Part shown: positions 8,152-18,117 of the stretch, one piece after another
Numbering within the stretch: position 1 is the first letter of the stretch
Layout of the letters: each line of letters starts with the position of its first letter
Virus record (IMG/VR): IMGVR_UViG_3300048599_000798
Span: 1-36,887 of that record
Reading direction: 5' to 3' (one strand)
Length of the DNA stretch: 36,887 bases
Source of the DNA: a virus
Lineage: Duplodnaviria; Caudoviricetes
Notes under the pieces: model-generated
What the model saw: the letters and a program-made list of their open reading frames with translations, nothing else
The model's database searches: none
What the model was told of the DNA's origin: nothing
Translations under genes and position numbers: made by a program

Positions 8152-8553
8152 TTAAACCTCCGAAATATATTCTTCCAGGGTCACATCAATTTTCCCGGAA
8201 TAAAGTTCCCCGCCGTTTAAAATGGTATCCCATGCCTCACTGACAGATTTTACACACCATCGGTCATCTCCCAAAAGCTGATCGTTAATCATTAAATATT
8301 CAGCCTGGCCGGTCTTGGCTAGTGTTAACCATTTCTGCATTTCATCAGACGGCTTAACTCCCAATTTCCCATTGAGATTAATTGTAAATGACAGACTTAA
8401 TAATCCCGGACCGACATATTCAGTCCTTGGCTTTTTACCAATAATCTCATGGGAGCCATATCGCGCAGCGGAATCTATTTTTAAACCGGAAAAAGTTAAG
8501 ATCCGTTTATCTGATGTTTCAAAGACAATACTTCCGAAATTACCAAGCATCAT
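8152..8553 (-). CDS. Tail protein (P2 gpU-like)
   Basis: LGNFGSIVF..HEIIGKKP..EYVGPGL..VTLEEY. Confidence 0.85.
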   Translation of the reverse strand: MMLGNFGSIVFETSDKRILTFSGLKIDSAARYGSHEIIGKKPRTEYVGPGLLSLSFTINLNGKLGVKPSDEMQKWLTLAKTGQAEYLMINDQLLGDDRWCVKSVSEAWDTILNGGELYSGKIDVTLEEYISEV

Positions 8554-8578
8554 AACAAAGGATCACCTCGATACATTT

Positions 8579-9079
8579 TTATACGGGTGGGCCGGTCGTT
8601 CCGGAGCCTCCCGGATCGGTCCATGAATAAGGATGACCATGATTCAAAAAACTGATTCCGCCTATTGTTGCATCACCAGTAACGGTTAATTCACCGTTTA
8701 TAGTTACATTCCCATTGATTACAATATTTCCGTTAAAAACTCCGTTGGCCGATGTTATGGTAAGCGTTTTGCTTGCCCGGTCATATTTCAAAGTAGCATC
8801 TTTCATGAACCGCTTAAAATAAATATCCTTGCCGGACTCTACCGGAGGATCAGCATTATAAAAATATCTCCCCAAGCAAAACCCTTTTGTGATTCCATTG
8901 CCCAGAAACAGACACAATACCATTTCGCCAACATTAGGCATCTCATATTCGTGAGATAACATTGGCAGCTCGTCTGTAACTATTTTGTCCTGGTCCGTAA
9001 AACAAACTCGAACCCTGCCGGCAGGATAATTTATAGATGATACGGTACCAATACGCAAAAGATTGCCTAAGTTAATCAT
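8579..9079 (-). CDS. Baseplate spike (gpV-like)
   Basis: RIGTVSS OB-fold start, MPNVGEMVLCL, beta-helix repeats, terminal HxH..TGPP. Confidence 0.88.
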   Translation of the reverse strand: MINLGNLLRIGTVSSINYPAGRVRVCFTDQDKIVTDELPMLSHEYEMPNVGEMVLCLFLGNGITKGFCLGRYFYNADPPVESGKDIYFKRFMKDATLKYDRASKTLTITSANGVFNGNIVINGNVTINGELTVTGDATIGGISFLNHGHPYSWTDPGGSGTTGPPV

Positions 9080-10089
9080 CAATAACCCTCCAAACAATGA
9101 TGAGCTTCCAAGCTGCAAGTAAAACTATTTCCCAAACTGCGGGTAATTTTGTCTATATAATACTTTCCTTTGAAAATACCCAAATCATCAAGGTAAAAGG
9201 TTTGGCTGGAAAATAAGCCGAGGTTTCCGGCCATATCAAACGAAATTGCAAACTCCTTTTTATTTAATTCTCGAAGTTTAGCCTTGGTAAGCCGCTCCGC
9301 TTCCGCTAAATTCGTGGCCGTTTCATTGACTTTAAATATCTTTTTGCCAGTCCGTCCTGGAGCCATGAAAGTATAAGTCAATGTCGCTCCGGAATTAGGA
9401 TCAGTATAGGAGATATTGCAACCATCATAACCGGTATCCGTAAATGTAGTTTTAGCGTCCCACCTTGTCATATCAGTTTCATAAAGAGTTGTAGCCGCTT
9501 CTTTTGCCTCATATTCCCTTTCACTGAATATCACAATCTTTTGATTATAAAGCTTCATAGCCAGGCCATATTTATTGCAAACATCAAATAAAAAGGAAAC
9601 GTCCGGCTCCTTGCTTTGTTCGATAAAATCAATAATTGGATTAACTTTTGAATCAAATAGCAGGCTTAATTTGGCATTGGAAGAAATATTTCTGGCAATT
9701 TGTTGCACTGACGCTCCTTGCCAAGTCCTACTTTTTTCGGTAGTCATAAAATCAGTATTAGATGGAGTAGATACCGCTCCGATATTAAAGACCCGGGGCC
9801 GTCCGGTATAACTTAATTCATCAACTAAAAAAATCCCACAATCCAGGCTTTGATGGTCATTTTCTCCTCGCCAATTAGTAGTAAGTATCTTTGGTATAAC
9901 GATATCGCCTTTCTGTGGAGCCCAGTCAGAGATCCATTTCCCCGTATCATCCTTTAATTCGATTGCAACATCATCAGCTGTTCCGGAAGCATTATCGGTG
10001 ATCCTGAAATTTTTCAAATCAGGCGCAACATCTTCTGTGATATTAACTCCTCGATATTTAAGTTCAATTGTGGCTCGCCTGGTATCCAT
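9079..10089 (-). CDS. Baseplate hub (phage late control D family)
   Basis: Size, synteny and motifs (D.ASG.ADD, Q..E.D..FL, F.GKYYID). Confidence 0.88.
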   Translation of the reverse strand: MDTRRATIELKYRGVNITEDVAPDLKNFRITDNASGTADDVAIELKDDTGKWISDWAPQKGDIVIPKILTTNWRGENDHQSLDCGIFLVDELSYTGRPRVFNIGAVSTPSNTDFMTTEKSRTWQGASVQQIARNISSNAKLSLLFDSKVNPIIDFIEQSKEPDVSFLFDVCNKYGLAMKLYNQKIVIFSEREYEAKEAATTLYETDMTRWDAKTTFTDTGYDGCNISYTDPNSGATLTYTFMAPGRTGKKIFKVNETATNLAEAERLTKAKLRELNKKEFAISFDMAGNLGLFSSQTFYLDDLGIFKGKYYIDKITRSLGNSFTCSLEAHHCLEGY

Positions 10090-10090
10090 T

Positions 10091-10267
10091 TTAACTCCTT
10101 ATTCTAATTGGATTCGGCCCTCCGGCAGTTTTAGGACATGCATCCGCATTATGATCCCTTGCTCCGCAATAATCACATCTCAATCTGGCCCGATTTCCTT
10201 GCCCGTTCCATGTCTTAGGGCAGTAATCCGTGGTATGCCCATTAGACCCGCAATATCCGCATCTCAT
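10091..10267 (-). CDS. 58-aa tandem CCHC zinc-knuckle protein (not in ORF track)
   Basis: MRCGYCGSNGHTTDYCPKTWNGQGNRARLRCDYCGARDHNADACPKTAGGPNPIRIRS; two CX2CX4HX4C motifs; SD GGAGG; fills the gap between gpX and gpD. Confidence 0.88.
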   Translation of the reverse strand: MRCGYCGSNGHTTDYCPKTWNGQGNRARLRCDYCGARDHNADACPKTAGGPNPIRIRS

Positions 10268-10271
10268 TACT

Positions 10272-10478
10272 TTAAATCCTCCAAGGCGGTAAGTTTGTGG
10301 TGGTTGTCGCCGACTCGGTTACGTCGGGAATGTTAATGATTATTCCCCCTGAAAATATGACTATATCTAAATAATTGGGATTTGACTCCATTAATTCCTT
10401 GGTATACCGCCGATTACCAAGCACATTAAAGGCGATACTATCAAAAGTATCGCCTTGTTTTGTGGTGTAGGAAGCCAT
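10272..10478 (-). CDS. Tail protein X (P2 gpX, LysM-like)
   Basis: YTTKQGDTFDSIA..LMESNP..LPPWR. Confidence 0.9.
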   Translation of the reverse strand: MASYTTKQGDTFDSIAFNVLGNRRYTKELMESNPNYLDIVIFSGGIIINIPDVTESATTTTNLPPWRI

Positions 10479-10592
10479 GGGATCACCACCTAAATGAAAT
10501 TAATTCAATCAGTAAGCTGACGGAGCACATTAAGCATATTAAAGAAATTGCTTTGCCGATAAAATCAACTACTTCCAAATTAAACACTTCCT

Positions 10593-12254
10593 TTAAGCAA
10601 ATTGCAGTCGCTTCCGCCGCCCAAAATAAGCATTCATTCGCCGTTCAAAGTCAGCAGAGGATTCTTTGTTTGCTTCCATTACCGCTTCCTTGTCAGTCGG
10701 GCCATAAAAATTTTGAACCGGTGAATAAACGATTGAAGGTGATCCGCCCTGACCGGTCAGCCCGGCCATCAAATCTTTAGTCCGACTATTGGAAAATATC
10801 TGACTTCCGCGAGGTAAATTAACCAATTCCGGGCCATTCTCCCCGGCCCAGGTTAAACCACCGGCAAAATAGGGGGTCCCCCGGGCATGATTAGGTGTCT
10901 TTTTGGGAGTTTTACCTTTAGACCCGCCACCAAAAAAGCCTACAATTTTACTCCAGTTCTTTATAATAAGCATCGGTATGCCGATAAATGGCATAAAAAC
11001 CGCCATTAAAACATCTTGCCAGTTCTTCTTAAGCCAGGTCCAAAGGCCCGAGAAAAATTTCTTTACCTTGTCCCAATTCTTAATCAAAAGGTATGCTCCA
11101 ACCACTAAAGCAGTAATCCCTGCAACAATCCAGGTTATTGGGCACGCCCACATAGTTCCATTTAAAACCAATTGAGCGACCGCCGCCAGAGAATTGCCTT
11201 CACGAAGCAAGGCCAAAGCAGCTGAAGCCGTCTGCCATCCGGAAATTAGTTTATTAATTATCATACCTTTTGTCTGAGCGGAAACTAACGCCCATGTAGC
11301 AACTTTATTCGCAATAAGCGCCGTTGTTACACCAATGACAATAGGCTCTATCATGTCCCAGTTTTTAACGACAAAAACTATGGCATCAGCAATCTTATTG
11401 ATAACCGGAGGTATATAGTCAAGCAATGGAAGCATTTTATCAATTGCCGGCGAAATTTTCAGAAAAGCTTCCGCCATTTTCACCTGGAGAGGGATGATCT
11501 TAAATCCAACCTTCTTCTGGATGTCCCCCAGCTCCATATTGGCTTTTGCCAGTTTGCCATCATCAGTTTTTGCCAACGCTGCATTCATCTGGCCTACATT
11601 TTCAGTGATAACTTGGGCCAACATAGCCGCTTTTTGCTGTTCATTGCCATATTTTAATACTTGTTCCTGTGCTTTGGAAAACGTAATGCCAACGCGCGTA
11701 AGCGCCCCAATCTGCCCGGTAAATACTTTTCCCATCATATTACCGATGTTTACCGCATCTTCTTCAGTTGCATTAACCCCTTTTTGTTGAGCAAGAAGAT
11801 TATTCATGGCAGGCATTAACACTTTAAGTGAATCGGCTCTATTGATAAATGTTGCCAATTGCTGCGCCCCGGCTATTTGAGCATCATCGTCAACAACTCC
11901 CAAATTCTTTTGAGCATCAGCCAGTTGTAAAACAGCTTTAATTTGCGTATCTGTGGCTTTGGTCCGTTGCCTCATAATTGTAGTTAATTTGGTTGTGTTA
12001 GCGATCTCTCCTTGAGCCGCTTCGGATGATGCTTTGGAATAATTTAAAATTGCACTTACCCCTAAATAAGTCCCGGCTATTCCACCAACCCATTTCAAAG
12101 CATTGCCCATACCGCTGGACGCCTTTTGACTAGCTGCGGCCTGTTGCTGAATAGCTCTCATATTCTTCTGCACAGCTCCAAAACTGGTTCCAACAGAACT
12201 CTGCACTTTTGCGCCAAGAAGAAACTGGGTTTCATATATTTTTCTATCAGCCAT
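10593..12254 (-). CDS. Tail tape measure protein
   Basis: Ala/Gln-rich helical, hydrophobic segments, KNWD repeats, HARGT..AGENGPEL motif; follows chaperone. Confidence 0.9.
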   Translation of the reverse strand: MADRKIYETQFLLGAKVQSSVGTSFGAVQKNMRAIQQQAAASQKASSGMGNALKWVGGIAGTYLGVSAILNYSKASSEAAQGEIANTTKLTTIMRQRTKATDTQIKAVLQLADAQKNLGVVDDDAQIAGAQQLATFINRADSLKVLMPAMNNLLAQQKGVNATEEDAVNIGNMMGKVFTGQIGALTRVGITFSKAQEQVLKYGNEQQKAAMLAQVITENVGQMNAALAKTDDGKLAKANMELGDIQKKVGFKIIPLQVKMAEAFLKISPAIDKMLPLLDYIPPVINKIADAIVFVVKNWDMIEPIVIGVTTALIANKVATWALVSAQTKGMIINKLISGWQTASAALALLREGNSLAAVAQLVLNGTMWACPITWIVAGITALVVGAYLLIKNWDKVKKFFSGLWTWLKKNWQDVLMAVFMPFIGIPMLIIKNWSKIVGFFGGGSKGKTPKKTPNHARGTPYFAGGLTWAGENGPELVNLPRGSQIFSNSRTKDLMAGLTGQGGSPSIVYSPVQNFYGPTDKEAVMEANKESSADFERRMNAYFGRRKRLQFA

Positions 12255-12422
12255 GACCGCTCCCAGCCTCCTTTATGTCCTCGGCAATCTCAAAAAAATC
12301 ATCTATCGGCAAATTCATGAAGAATTCAATGCTCGTGAAAGAAGATACAGCAAGACGGACGGCACTTTTTCTTAGTTTCCGCCCGTCTCCCTCGGGATTA
12401 TTTTTTAAAACAGGGCTTATGC

Positions 12423-12731
12423 CTATTCGTAGAAAAAACTTGTCACCAAGTTTTTAATTTTAATGCCTTCTCCGGCCGGTAATCCATTAAAAAACTCTAC
12501 CGGCTTTTTAGTGACAGTAGCCGCGATTATTGCGGCATAACCAACGCTCATTTCGTTTACCGTGGCGATCTGACCGCTGGAAATAAACTTTTTATCCGCA
12601 TCGGCCAAATCATTAACCGTTAAATCTTCAATCCCGGATAAATCAACCTCGGTATATTCTTTTTCCTCATAGAGATACGGCTTTTTAAAGACCACCAGAT
12701 AGGGATTATTCTTTTTCTTTTCTTCGCTCAT
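12423..12731 (-). CDS. Tail assembly chaperone (gpE/G-like); -1 frameshift form extends to 12247
   Basis: Lies between tube and tape measure; T TTT TTC slippery site at 12438-12432 just before the stop. Confidence 0.85.
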   Translation of the reverse strand: MSEEKKKNNPYLVVFKKPYLYEEKEYTEVDLSGIEDLTVNDLADADKKFISSGQIATVNEMSVGYAAIIAATVTKKPVEFFNGLPAGEGIKIKNLVTSFFYE

Positions 12732-12743
12732 AACAGTCCTCCA

Positions 12744-13262
12744 TTAAATTTGTTCTTTGATTTGGGAGAAAACATCGACCCCATTCACAATATAGACGAA
12801 GTTGAGCTTATCCAGCTCAAGAAGCGTTTTCCTGTTTTCCTGAATTTTAATATACAGGATTTCCAGGGCATTAGTGCTTTCGGTCGGCTTTCCAACTCCC
12901 AAGGTCCCAAGTTCCAGATTCTTCGGCATGACTTTTAAAACAATCTTCAACGGTCTGAAGTTTATTTTTCCGCCTGCCGAATCGAAACTCTGTTGTGAAG
13001 CGCGAAGTGTAATTGTTTGACCGTTCGGCACCGCCAGGCTGAATGTGGGATCATAAAGAATCCTGAAAGGAATCTCTATCTGCATACTCTTGAAATGCCC
13101 CGGGGTGGCGCTTTCAATTTCTCCAGCGATTCCTGCGCCAGTAATATTCTCGGTAATTGCCTCCAAGCTTGGTAATTTCACCTCACCGGAAACGCCTACC
13201 AATTTCTCACCTTCGGCATAAACATTAAAATTTACGACTTTTTCCGGAATTGGATTGCTCAT
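12744..13262 (-). CDS. Major tail tube protein (P2 FII-like)
   Basis: EVKLPSL..GAGIAGEI..ELDKLNF..VNGVD. Confidence 0.92.
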   Translation of the reverse strand: MSNPIPEKVVNFNVYAEGEKLVGVSGEVKLPSLEAITENITGAGIAGEIESATPGHFKSMQIEIPFRILYDPTFSLAVPNGQTITLRASQQSFDSAGGKINFRPLKIVLKVMPKNLELGTLGVGKPTESTNALEILYIKIQENRKTLLELDKLNFVYIVNGVDVFSQIKEQI

Positions 13263-14725
13263 TATTGGCCACCTCCTAATGATGCGCTTAACGCATCGGG
13301 ATCAAACTCCAAAACATCGGTAATCGTTTCAGCCGGAGGATATGGAGTTAAGTACTGATTAAATCGAATCTTGCCGTTGAGTAAATCAGTAACCGGATTT
13401 TGGTCCTTAATAAACTCAATTCGCGCATCCGCCAATTGATAACGGGCCTTATATCCATTGGCCCTGATATTCTCCGAATCAACAATTGATTCAATTAACC
13501 GGTTATTCATTGGGTCATCGACCTTTTGGAAATAGGTCAAAATGAAGGTGTTTCCCCACCAGTCAAACATCCGGCGCACGGGAATAAACCGATCTTTAAT
13601 ATCGGTGCTTCCCGGATACACCCCGGTATTATTTCCCCAAGACCGCCAACCATTGATATTAATAGACGTGGTAATACCTTGCCCATTAAGTAAGTTGGCT
13701 TGTTGCTGGTCAAGATAAACCTCCGTACCGTCTTTTAAACAAGTCCCAGTAATCCGGAATTGTTTATTTGAAGGCGATACATAGGGAACGCCATCATTAA
13801 GAGCGTCAGTATAGGCAATCAAAGCCGCCATCATAGCGCTCATGTAATACTTTTTACTGCCTACCTGGACCATCGGCCAACATACAATGTTATGTCGATT
13901 GGTATATGAGTTATTGTTTTTCCAGGTATTGCAGTCCGTGTAAACCTTAACGGTATTGGAATCGATATCCGTCAAAAAATTACACTTGAAAACGCCGTTG
14001 ATACCTTCAACCTTGGCAGTCATAACCGCATTAACTTCCGGATCTTGACTCCATCCAGGGCATAACATTAAGCCAGGCACGATCCCAAGTCGTGGATAAA
14101 CCTGACCGATGTTTTCTAGCCCGGTATATTTTCCGGTTGCGGTATCATATCCGCCGATAATATCGGTTTTGGTAACCATTGATGGATCTAATTGATGATA
14201 GGAAAACGATAATTGAGTCGCATTAGCCGGAATCGTGCCGGGAGCCTTCAAAACCTTTAATAAAACATATCCGTCATCTGTGAATTCAACGGTATAATCC
14301 CTATCCTTCACATAAGTAGTAGTCCCGGTGGAATCTTTCACAACGAAATTGGCATCTAATAAAATGCCTTCCTCGTCAATTGTTATCTGGCCGTTAACAA
14401 TTGCCTTGAGTTCAGTCAATACAGGAGTAAAATGTTCTGCCGGGTCAAGCACGTTAACCAATACCAAAGGCGCAACATTAAAGACCCGAAAGGATGCATC
14501 GATGGATTGGCAAAGAGTAAATTTATCAAAGCTGTTGGAATATCCGATATTTAATTTGGCTTCGACAAAACTATTAACCAGAATGGGTTTATTCACCGCG
14601 CCGGCCGGATTGGCAAGTAAGTTTACCGGAGCGGTACCGACAACAAATTGAACGGCACTGTCGGCAGTAATAGGCGCTATAATCGAAGTCGGGTTTTCTA
14701 AAACTTTAATGCCATGTTCATACAT
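13262..14725 (-). CDS. Tail sheath protein
   Basis: HGIKVLE..VGTAP..ANLLNGQGITT..WGN..RRMF..PPAE. Confidence 0.94.
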   Translation of the reverse strand: MYEHGIKVLENPTSIIAPITADSAVQFVVGTAPVNLLANPAGAVNKPILVNSFVEAKLNIGYSNSFDKFTLCQSIDASFRVFNVAPLVLVNVLDPAEHFTPVLTELKAIVNGQITIDEEGILLDANFVVKDSTGTTTYVKDRDYTVEFTDDGYVLLKVLKAPGTIPANATQLSFSYHQLDPSMVTKTDIIGGYDTATGKYTGLENIGQVYPRLGIVPGLMLCPGWSQDPEVNAVMTAKVEGINGVFKCNFLTDIDSNTVKVYTDCNTWKNNNSYTNRHNIVCWPMVQVGSKKYYMSAMMAALIAYTDALNDGVPYVSPSNKQFRITGTCLKDGTEVYLDQQQANLLNGQGITTSININGWRSWGNNTGVYPGSTDIKDRFIPVRRMFDWWGNTFILTYFQKVDDPMNNRLIESIVDSENIRANGYKARYQLADARIEFIKDQNPVTDLLNGKIRFNQYLTPYPPAETITDVLEFDPDALSASLGGGQ

Positions 14726-14753
14726 ACTTTCTTTCATCTCCTTTTTTAATATT

Positions 14754-14777
14754 AAAAACCGCCCTGGTTAGGCGGTT
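14754..14777 (-). terminator. Terminator-like hairpin upstream of sheath gene
   Basis: AACCGCC-7 nt-GGCGGTT followed by U-tract on the minus strand. Confidence 0.6.
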
Positions 14778-14781
14778 GATT

Positions 14782-15246
14782 TCAAATTAATGGGTCATCC
14801 ATTGTAATCTTTCCAACGGTCCAGTTGGTCTCCAGTCCACCAATGAAATGCGGAAATAGATCTTCTTCGCTTAGAGCCCATAGAATAGGGTATTCAATCT
14901 CATATTTATTTTGAAAAATCTTAGTTCTCATCAGGTGATCGTAGATCTTTTGAATAATGTTACATAGATCGCGATAACCTTGATAATTGGGATTATTATC
15001 ATTCACTCCAATTTCAATTAAAACCTTGCATGAATTAGGATCGGTTTCAGTAGTATCTGCGCCATCAGTAAGAATGACTCGGATATATGGGTAATGCTTG
15101 GTGTCTTTCGCCCCGGTTTTAGCCGGTAAATATTGAGGATAAATATTCAATAAAGACAACTCACCGGCAGCATTTTTTAAATAAAGATCCGCGAAGAGAT
15201 CTTTAAATTCGCTTACTAAAAAATCTTGTAACATTAAGGGTATCAT
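14782..15246 (-). CDS. Putative tail terminator/completion protein
   Basis: Position between gpZ-like and sheath genes; size. Confidence 0.6.
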   Translation of the reverse strand: MIPLMLQDFLVSEFKDLFADLYLKNAAGELSLLNIYPQYLPAKTGAKDTKHYPYIRVILTDGADTTETDPNSCKVLIEIGVNDNNPNYQGYRDLCNIIQKIYDHLMRTKIFQNKYEIEYPILWALSEEDLFPHFIGGLETNWTVGKITMDDPLI

Positions 15247-15809
15247 TAATTCCCCTCCTGAATCCTCTTTATCTCATGATCTAGCCGCTTTTGATATACT
15301 GCATAAGATTCTTTTTCGACCAGCTGGCGAATTTTGGACCCACCAAGCAATGAGGGAATAGCTGGACCCATAAGCCTGGTTATTGGTAAACGGCTTTTAT
15401 CAACCCTTTCAAAAACCTTTGGGCCATTAATATCAGCGACAAAGGCATGAATTAATTCCTTTACACTGCCTTTTTTGACCGCTACTTTAAGAATTGGCGG
15501 GTTTTTTGGCCGGGGCTTTAATGGCGTGACTTTAAATTTATCAAGCGGCAATTTATTATCCCTTGAAACCACCATAGCTCCCAACCTGGAAGGTGAGGCC
15601 CGGTATATTCTTATGGTCCCTCGGGCATCTTTAGCTTTAACATAGTAATTTGCGGTTACGCTTTTTATTGCTTGCGTCCTGGTCGCCTCTGCCGTCCGGT
15701 TAAGCGCTCTAGAAATAGCAGTTGGGGCCTTTTTATAGTAAGGCCCCAATTTAAGCTCCGTTTTTCTGAATTCGGTCGCATCAACGATAACCCGAAATAG
15801 ATCACTCAT
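15246..15809 (-). CDS. Minor tail protein Z-like
   Basis: Basic; AISRALNRTA..VFER..RLPI..GPAIP. Confidence 0.82.
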   Translation of the reverse strand: MSDLFRVIVDATEFRKTELKLGPYYKKAPTAISRALNRTAEATRTQAIKSVTANYYVKAKDARGTIRIYRASPSRLGAMVVSRDNKLPLDKFKVTPLKPRPKNPPILKVAVKKGSVKELIHAFVADINGPKVFERVDKSRLPITRLMGPAIPSLLGGSKIRQLVEKESYAVYQKRLDHEIKRIQEGN

Positions 15810-16126
15810 GATTCATTCGCCGCCAATGTAATGGTATATAAGCCTTCATCTTCTTGAGCATCGGCCACCCGGTAAGGATCTCCATCCAGGTTTATGATTT
15901 GACCGGGCACCGGTTTGTCGCCAAAAACAGACTTTGCAACATGAAAAAGTATATCTCCGATATAGATACCTTCCGGATCTTTGAGCTTCGCTTGGCGTTC
16001 TTTTATAAGGTCATTATCAATAATGATCGACATTTTAACGCCATTTACCATATGGTCGGTCGCGAATTCATCTGAATTTATGAAGGTATCCATATCGGAT
16101 TCAAAAAAATCCTTTAACTTTGCCAA
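15806..16126 (-). CDS. Head-tail joining protein (head closure type)
   Basis: Size, synteny; F.N.DEFA..G..Y.V......G...ITL pattern. Confidence 0.7.
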   Translation of the reverse strand: MAKLKDFFESDMDTFINSDEFATDHMVNGVKMSIIIDNDLIKERQAKLKDPEGIYIGDILFHVAKSVFGDKPVPGQIINLDGDPYRVADAQEDEGLYTITLAANES

Positions 16127-16132
16127 AGAAAA

Positions 16133-16564
16133 TCACTTCCCGACAATTACATCTTCCGGCTTGAATTCAATATTAATTGATTCCGGAGAGTCCGACGTTT
16201 CAGCGCCTTCTGCGTTTTCTTGATTTTCAGAGTTTCCGGAGTTATTTGCTCCTTCCTGATTCTCTGAATTGCCTTGGTTATTGGAGTTCTCCTGGTTTTC
16301 GGGGCTTTCCGGTGTTTTTGTCTTATCTTTACCGGATTTATCAGCTGGTTTACCTGCTTTATTTGCCGACTTGTCGGGTTTATCCGCTGATTTAGCTCCC
16401 TTTTTATCATTATCAGGAGTCTCTTTTTCATCCGATTGAACTTCTTCGGCAACTTCCAGGGAAATTAATCGGGCCTCATCTTCTTTAGAGAGGCCCGGAA
16501 TGTTCTCGCCGACGTTGTAATATATGCCACGTGCTTTTACTTGCCCTTTTGTAACTCTAACCAT
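16133..16564 (-). CDS. Head-associated small-domain protein with low-complexity tail
   Basis: Directly after capsid gene; Y..GE.I..L...ARLI..VAEE domain, then K(S/P)ADK and NSENQE repeats. Confidence 0.7.
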   Translation of the reverse strand: MVRVTKGQVKARGIYYNVGENIPGLSKEDEARLISLEVAEEVQSDEKETPDNDKKGAKSADKPDKSANKAGKPADKSGKDKTKTPESPENQENSNNQGNSENQEGANNSGNSENQENAEGAETSDSPESINIEFKPEDVIVGK

Positions 16565-16580
16565 TAATTTTCCTCCCTCC

Positions 16581-17621
16581 TTATGCCAATACCTTCGCGG
16601 ATACCCAGCTATCAACTTCGCGGGGAATCGGCAAAGGTCTGGAGGAAAGATTTACAATCCGGCGAGTCGGGCGCTTTTCCACCCAACTATCGGGGACACG
16701 AGCGGCCTGGACGGTTCGAATAATATTGCTTTCCTCATCGGCAATATCGACTGCGCCATAAGCCATCTCGTAATTGGCTCCGGATGATAAAAGAACAACC
16801 TGGCCGTTCGGAATATACGGCAATATGTTCCCGGTCACATCATCCTTGTAGGTCTCGGCATATTTGTAGACATCTATGCCCAAAGTCGGGATACTGCAAA
16901 CAAAAGTAATACCCGGTGCGATGATTCTCGGAGCCATGTTGATGATGGATTGGCTTTGATACGATTTTAAAATCTCTTTGACGCTGGCATTATTCAAAAA
17001 TGCGTTGATAGCGTCAACTGCGCCAACCAGGGTATCGCCTTTTTGGTAACCGTATTTCAAGATATTGTTATTCTGCCAGTTCTCGATGTCGCCAAGCGGA
17101 TCGCCGTCAGCGTCTACCCAGAACTTATCAGTTAAGGTAACAATATTCTTGAAATTAAAATCAACCTGGTATTTAGTATCCTCCGATTTATAGACGATTT
17201 TCCCGGTAACCATCGCCACGGCGCACATCCATTCTTCACGCCGGATGATTTCTCCATCCATTTCTTGGAGGGCTTCAGCTACCAAAGCAGCATCGCGATC
17301 TTGGGAAGTTGCTCCACCATAAGGATTTTCCCCCGGAAGTCTTACGGCCAAATCGGCGCTGGTAAAAACTTTATCCGGAGCCACAAGCGGAGTCGGTAAT
17401 ACATTGCTGGTGTAACCCGGCAAAGCGGTAGTTTTTCCCCCAACAATCTCATTCACAATAGGGGCCAAGGATGCGCCACCGCGTTTAAAATCCGCCTGTA
17501 CAGTCTTAACCGGTGACTGCCGGACATTTCTCATGAAGAAAGTCCGAAAAAACGTAGTACGAGGTTTCATGATTCGTACAGCTTCAAGCATAGTGCGCGG
17601 ATCAAATACCACGTCATTCAT
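16581..17621 (-). CDS. Major capsid protein (lambda gpE family)
   Basis: LAPIV, RLPGE, I.RREEWMCA..TGKI, SRPLPIP. Confidence 0.93.
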   Translation of the reverse strand: MNDVVFDPRTMLEAVRIMKPRTTFFRTFFMRNVRQSPVKTVQADFKRGGASLAPIVNEIVGGKTTALPGYTSNVLPTPLVAPDKVFTSADLAVRLPGENPYGGATSQDRDAALVAEALQEMDGEIIRREEWMCAVAMVTGKIVYKSEDTKYQVDFNFKNIVTLTDKFWVDADGDPLGDIENWQNNNILKYGYQKGDTLVGAVDAINAFLNNASVKEILKSYQSQSIINMAPRIIAPGITFVCSIPTLGIDVYKYAETYKDDVTGNILPYIPNGQVVLLSSGANYEMAYGAVDIADEESNIIRTVQAARVPDSWVEKRPTRRIVNLSSRPLPIPREVDSWVSAKVLA

Positions 17622-17694
17622 TTTGATTCATCTCCTAATCTTAAATTTTTAATTGATAAATAATGATTTTGAACAATATCGGCCTTAATTTGTA

Positions 17695-18048
17695 TTAATG
17701 AGAGATAGTGGTATCAACTACATCAACCAAATAAATGCCGATATTCCGTAAGGGGACTTCATAATCAGCGAATCCTTTGGTGGCCGGGTAAACGACTTTA
17801 TCCTTATTGAATTGGCCGTTTACTAAAACCGGTACAAATGAAGTCTCACCAGCTCCGGTCGTTACCGCTTCCAAGGCAATACCATAAGCGTTAGCCGCAG
17901 TTCCGCCACATTTTGCAATCGCTCCAGCGGTTGCGCCTTTGTCAACAATTTCTCCCGGCACCAAGCTGATACTGGCCGGGACTTCTCTCATAACAACCTC
18001 ACAAGCTTCTGAGCCGGTAAAGAAATTTTGATAAGTCAGATCGGACAT
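17695..18048 (-). CDS. Head decoration protein (lambda gpD-like)
   Basis: Between protease and capsid; YGIALE..G.FN..LRNIGIYL. Confidence 0.8.
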   Translation of the reverse strand: MSDLTYQNFFTGSEACEVVMREVPASISLVPGEIVDKGATAGAIAKCGGTAANAYGIALEAVTTGAGETSFVPVLVNGQFNKDKVVYPATKGFADYEVPLRNIGIYLVDVVDTTISH

Positions 18049-18117
18049 TTTACTTTCCCCCTTTGTTTTGAAATAATGATATTCTTTAGTTCCACCGCAT
18101 TTTTAAAGGCTTAAATC

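Noticed and set aside
12275-12457. 60-aa plus-strand ORF
   Set aside because: Antisense shadow of the frameshift extension of the tail chaperone
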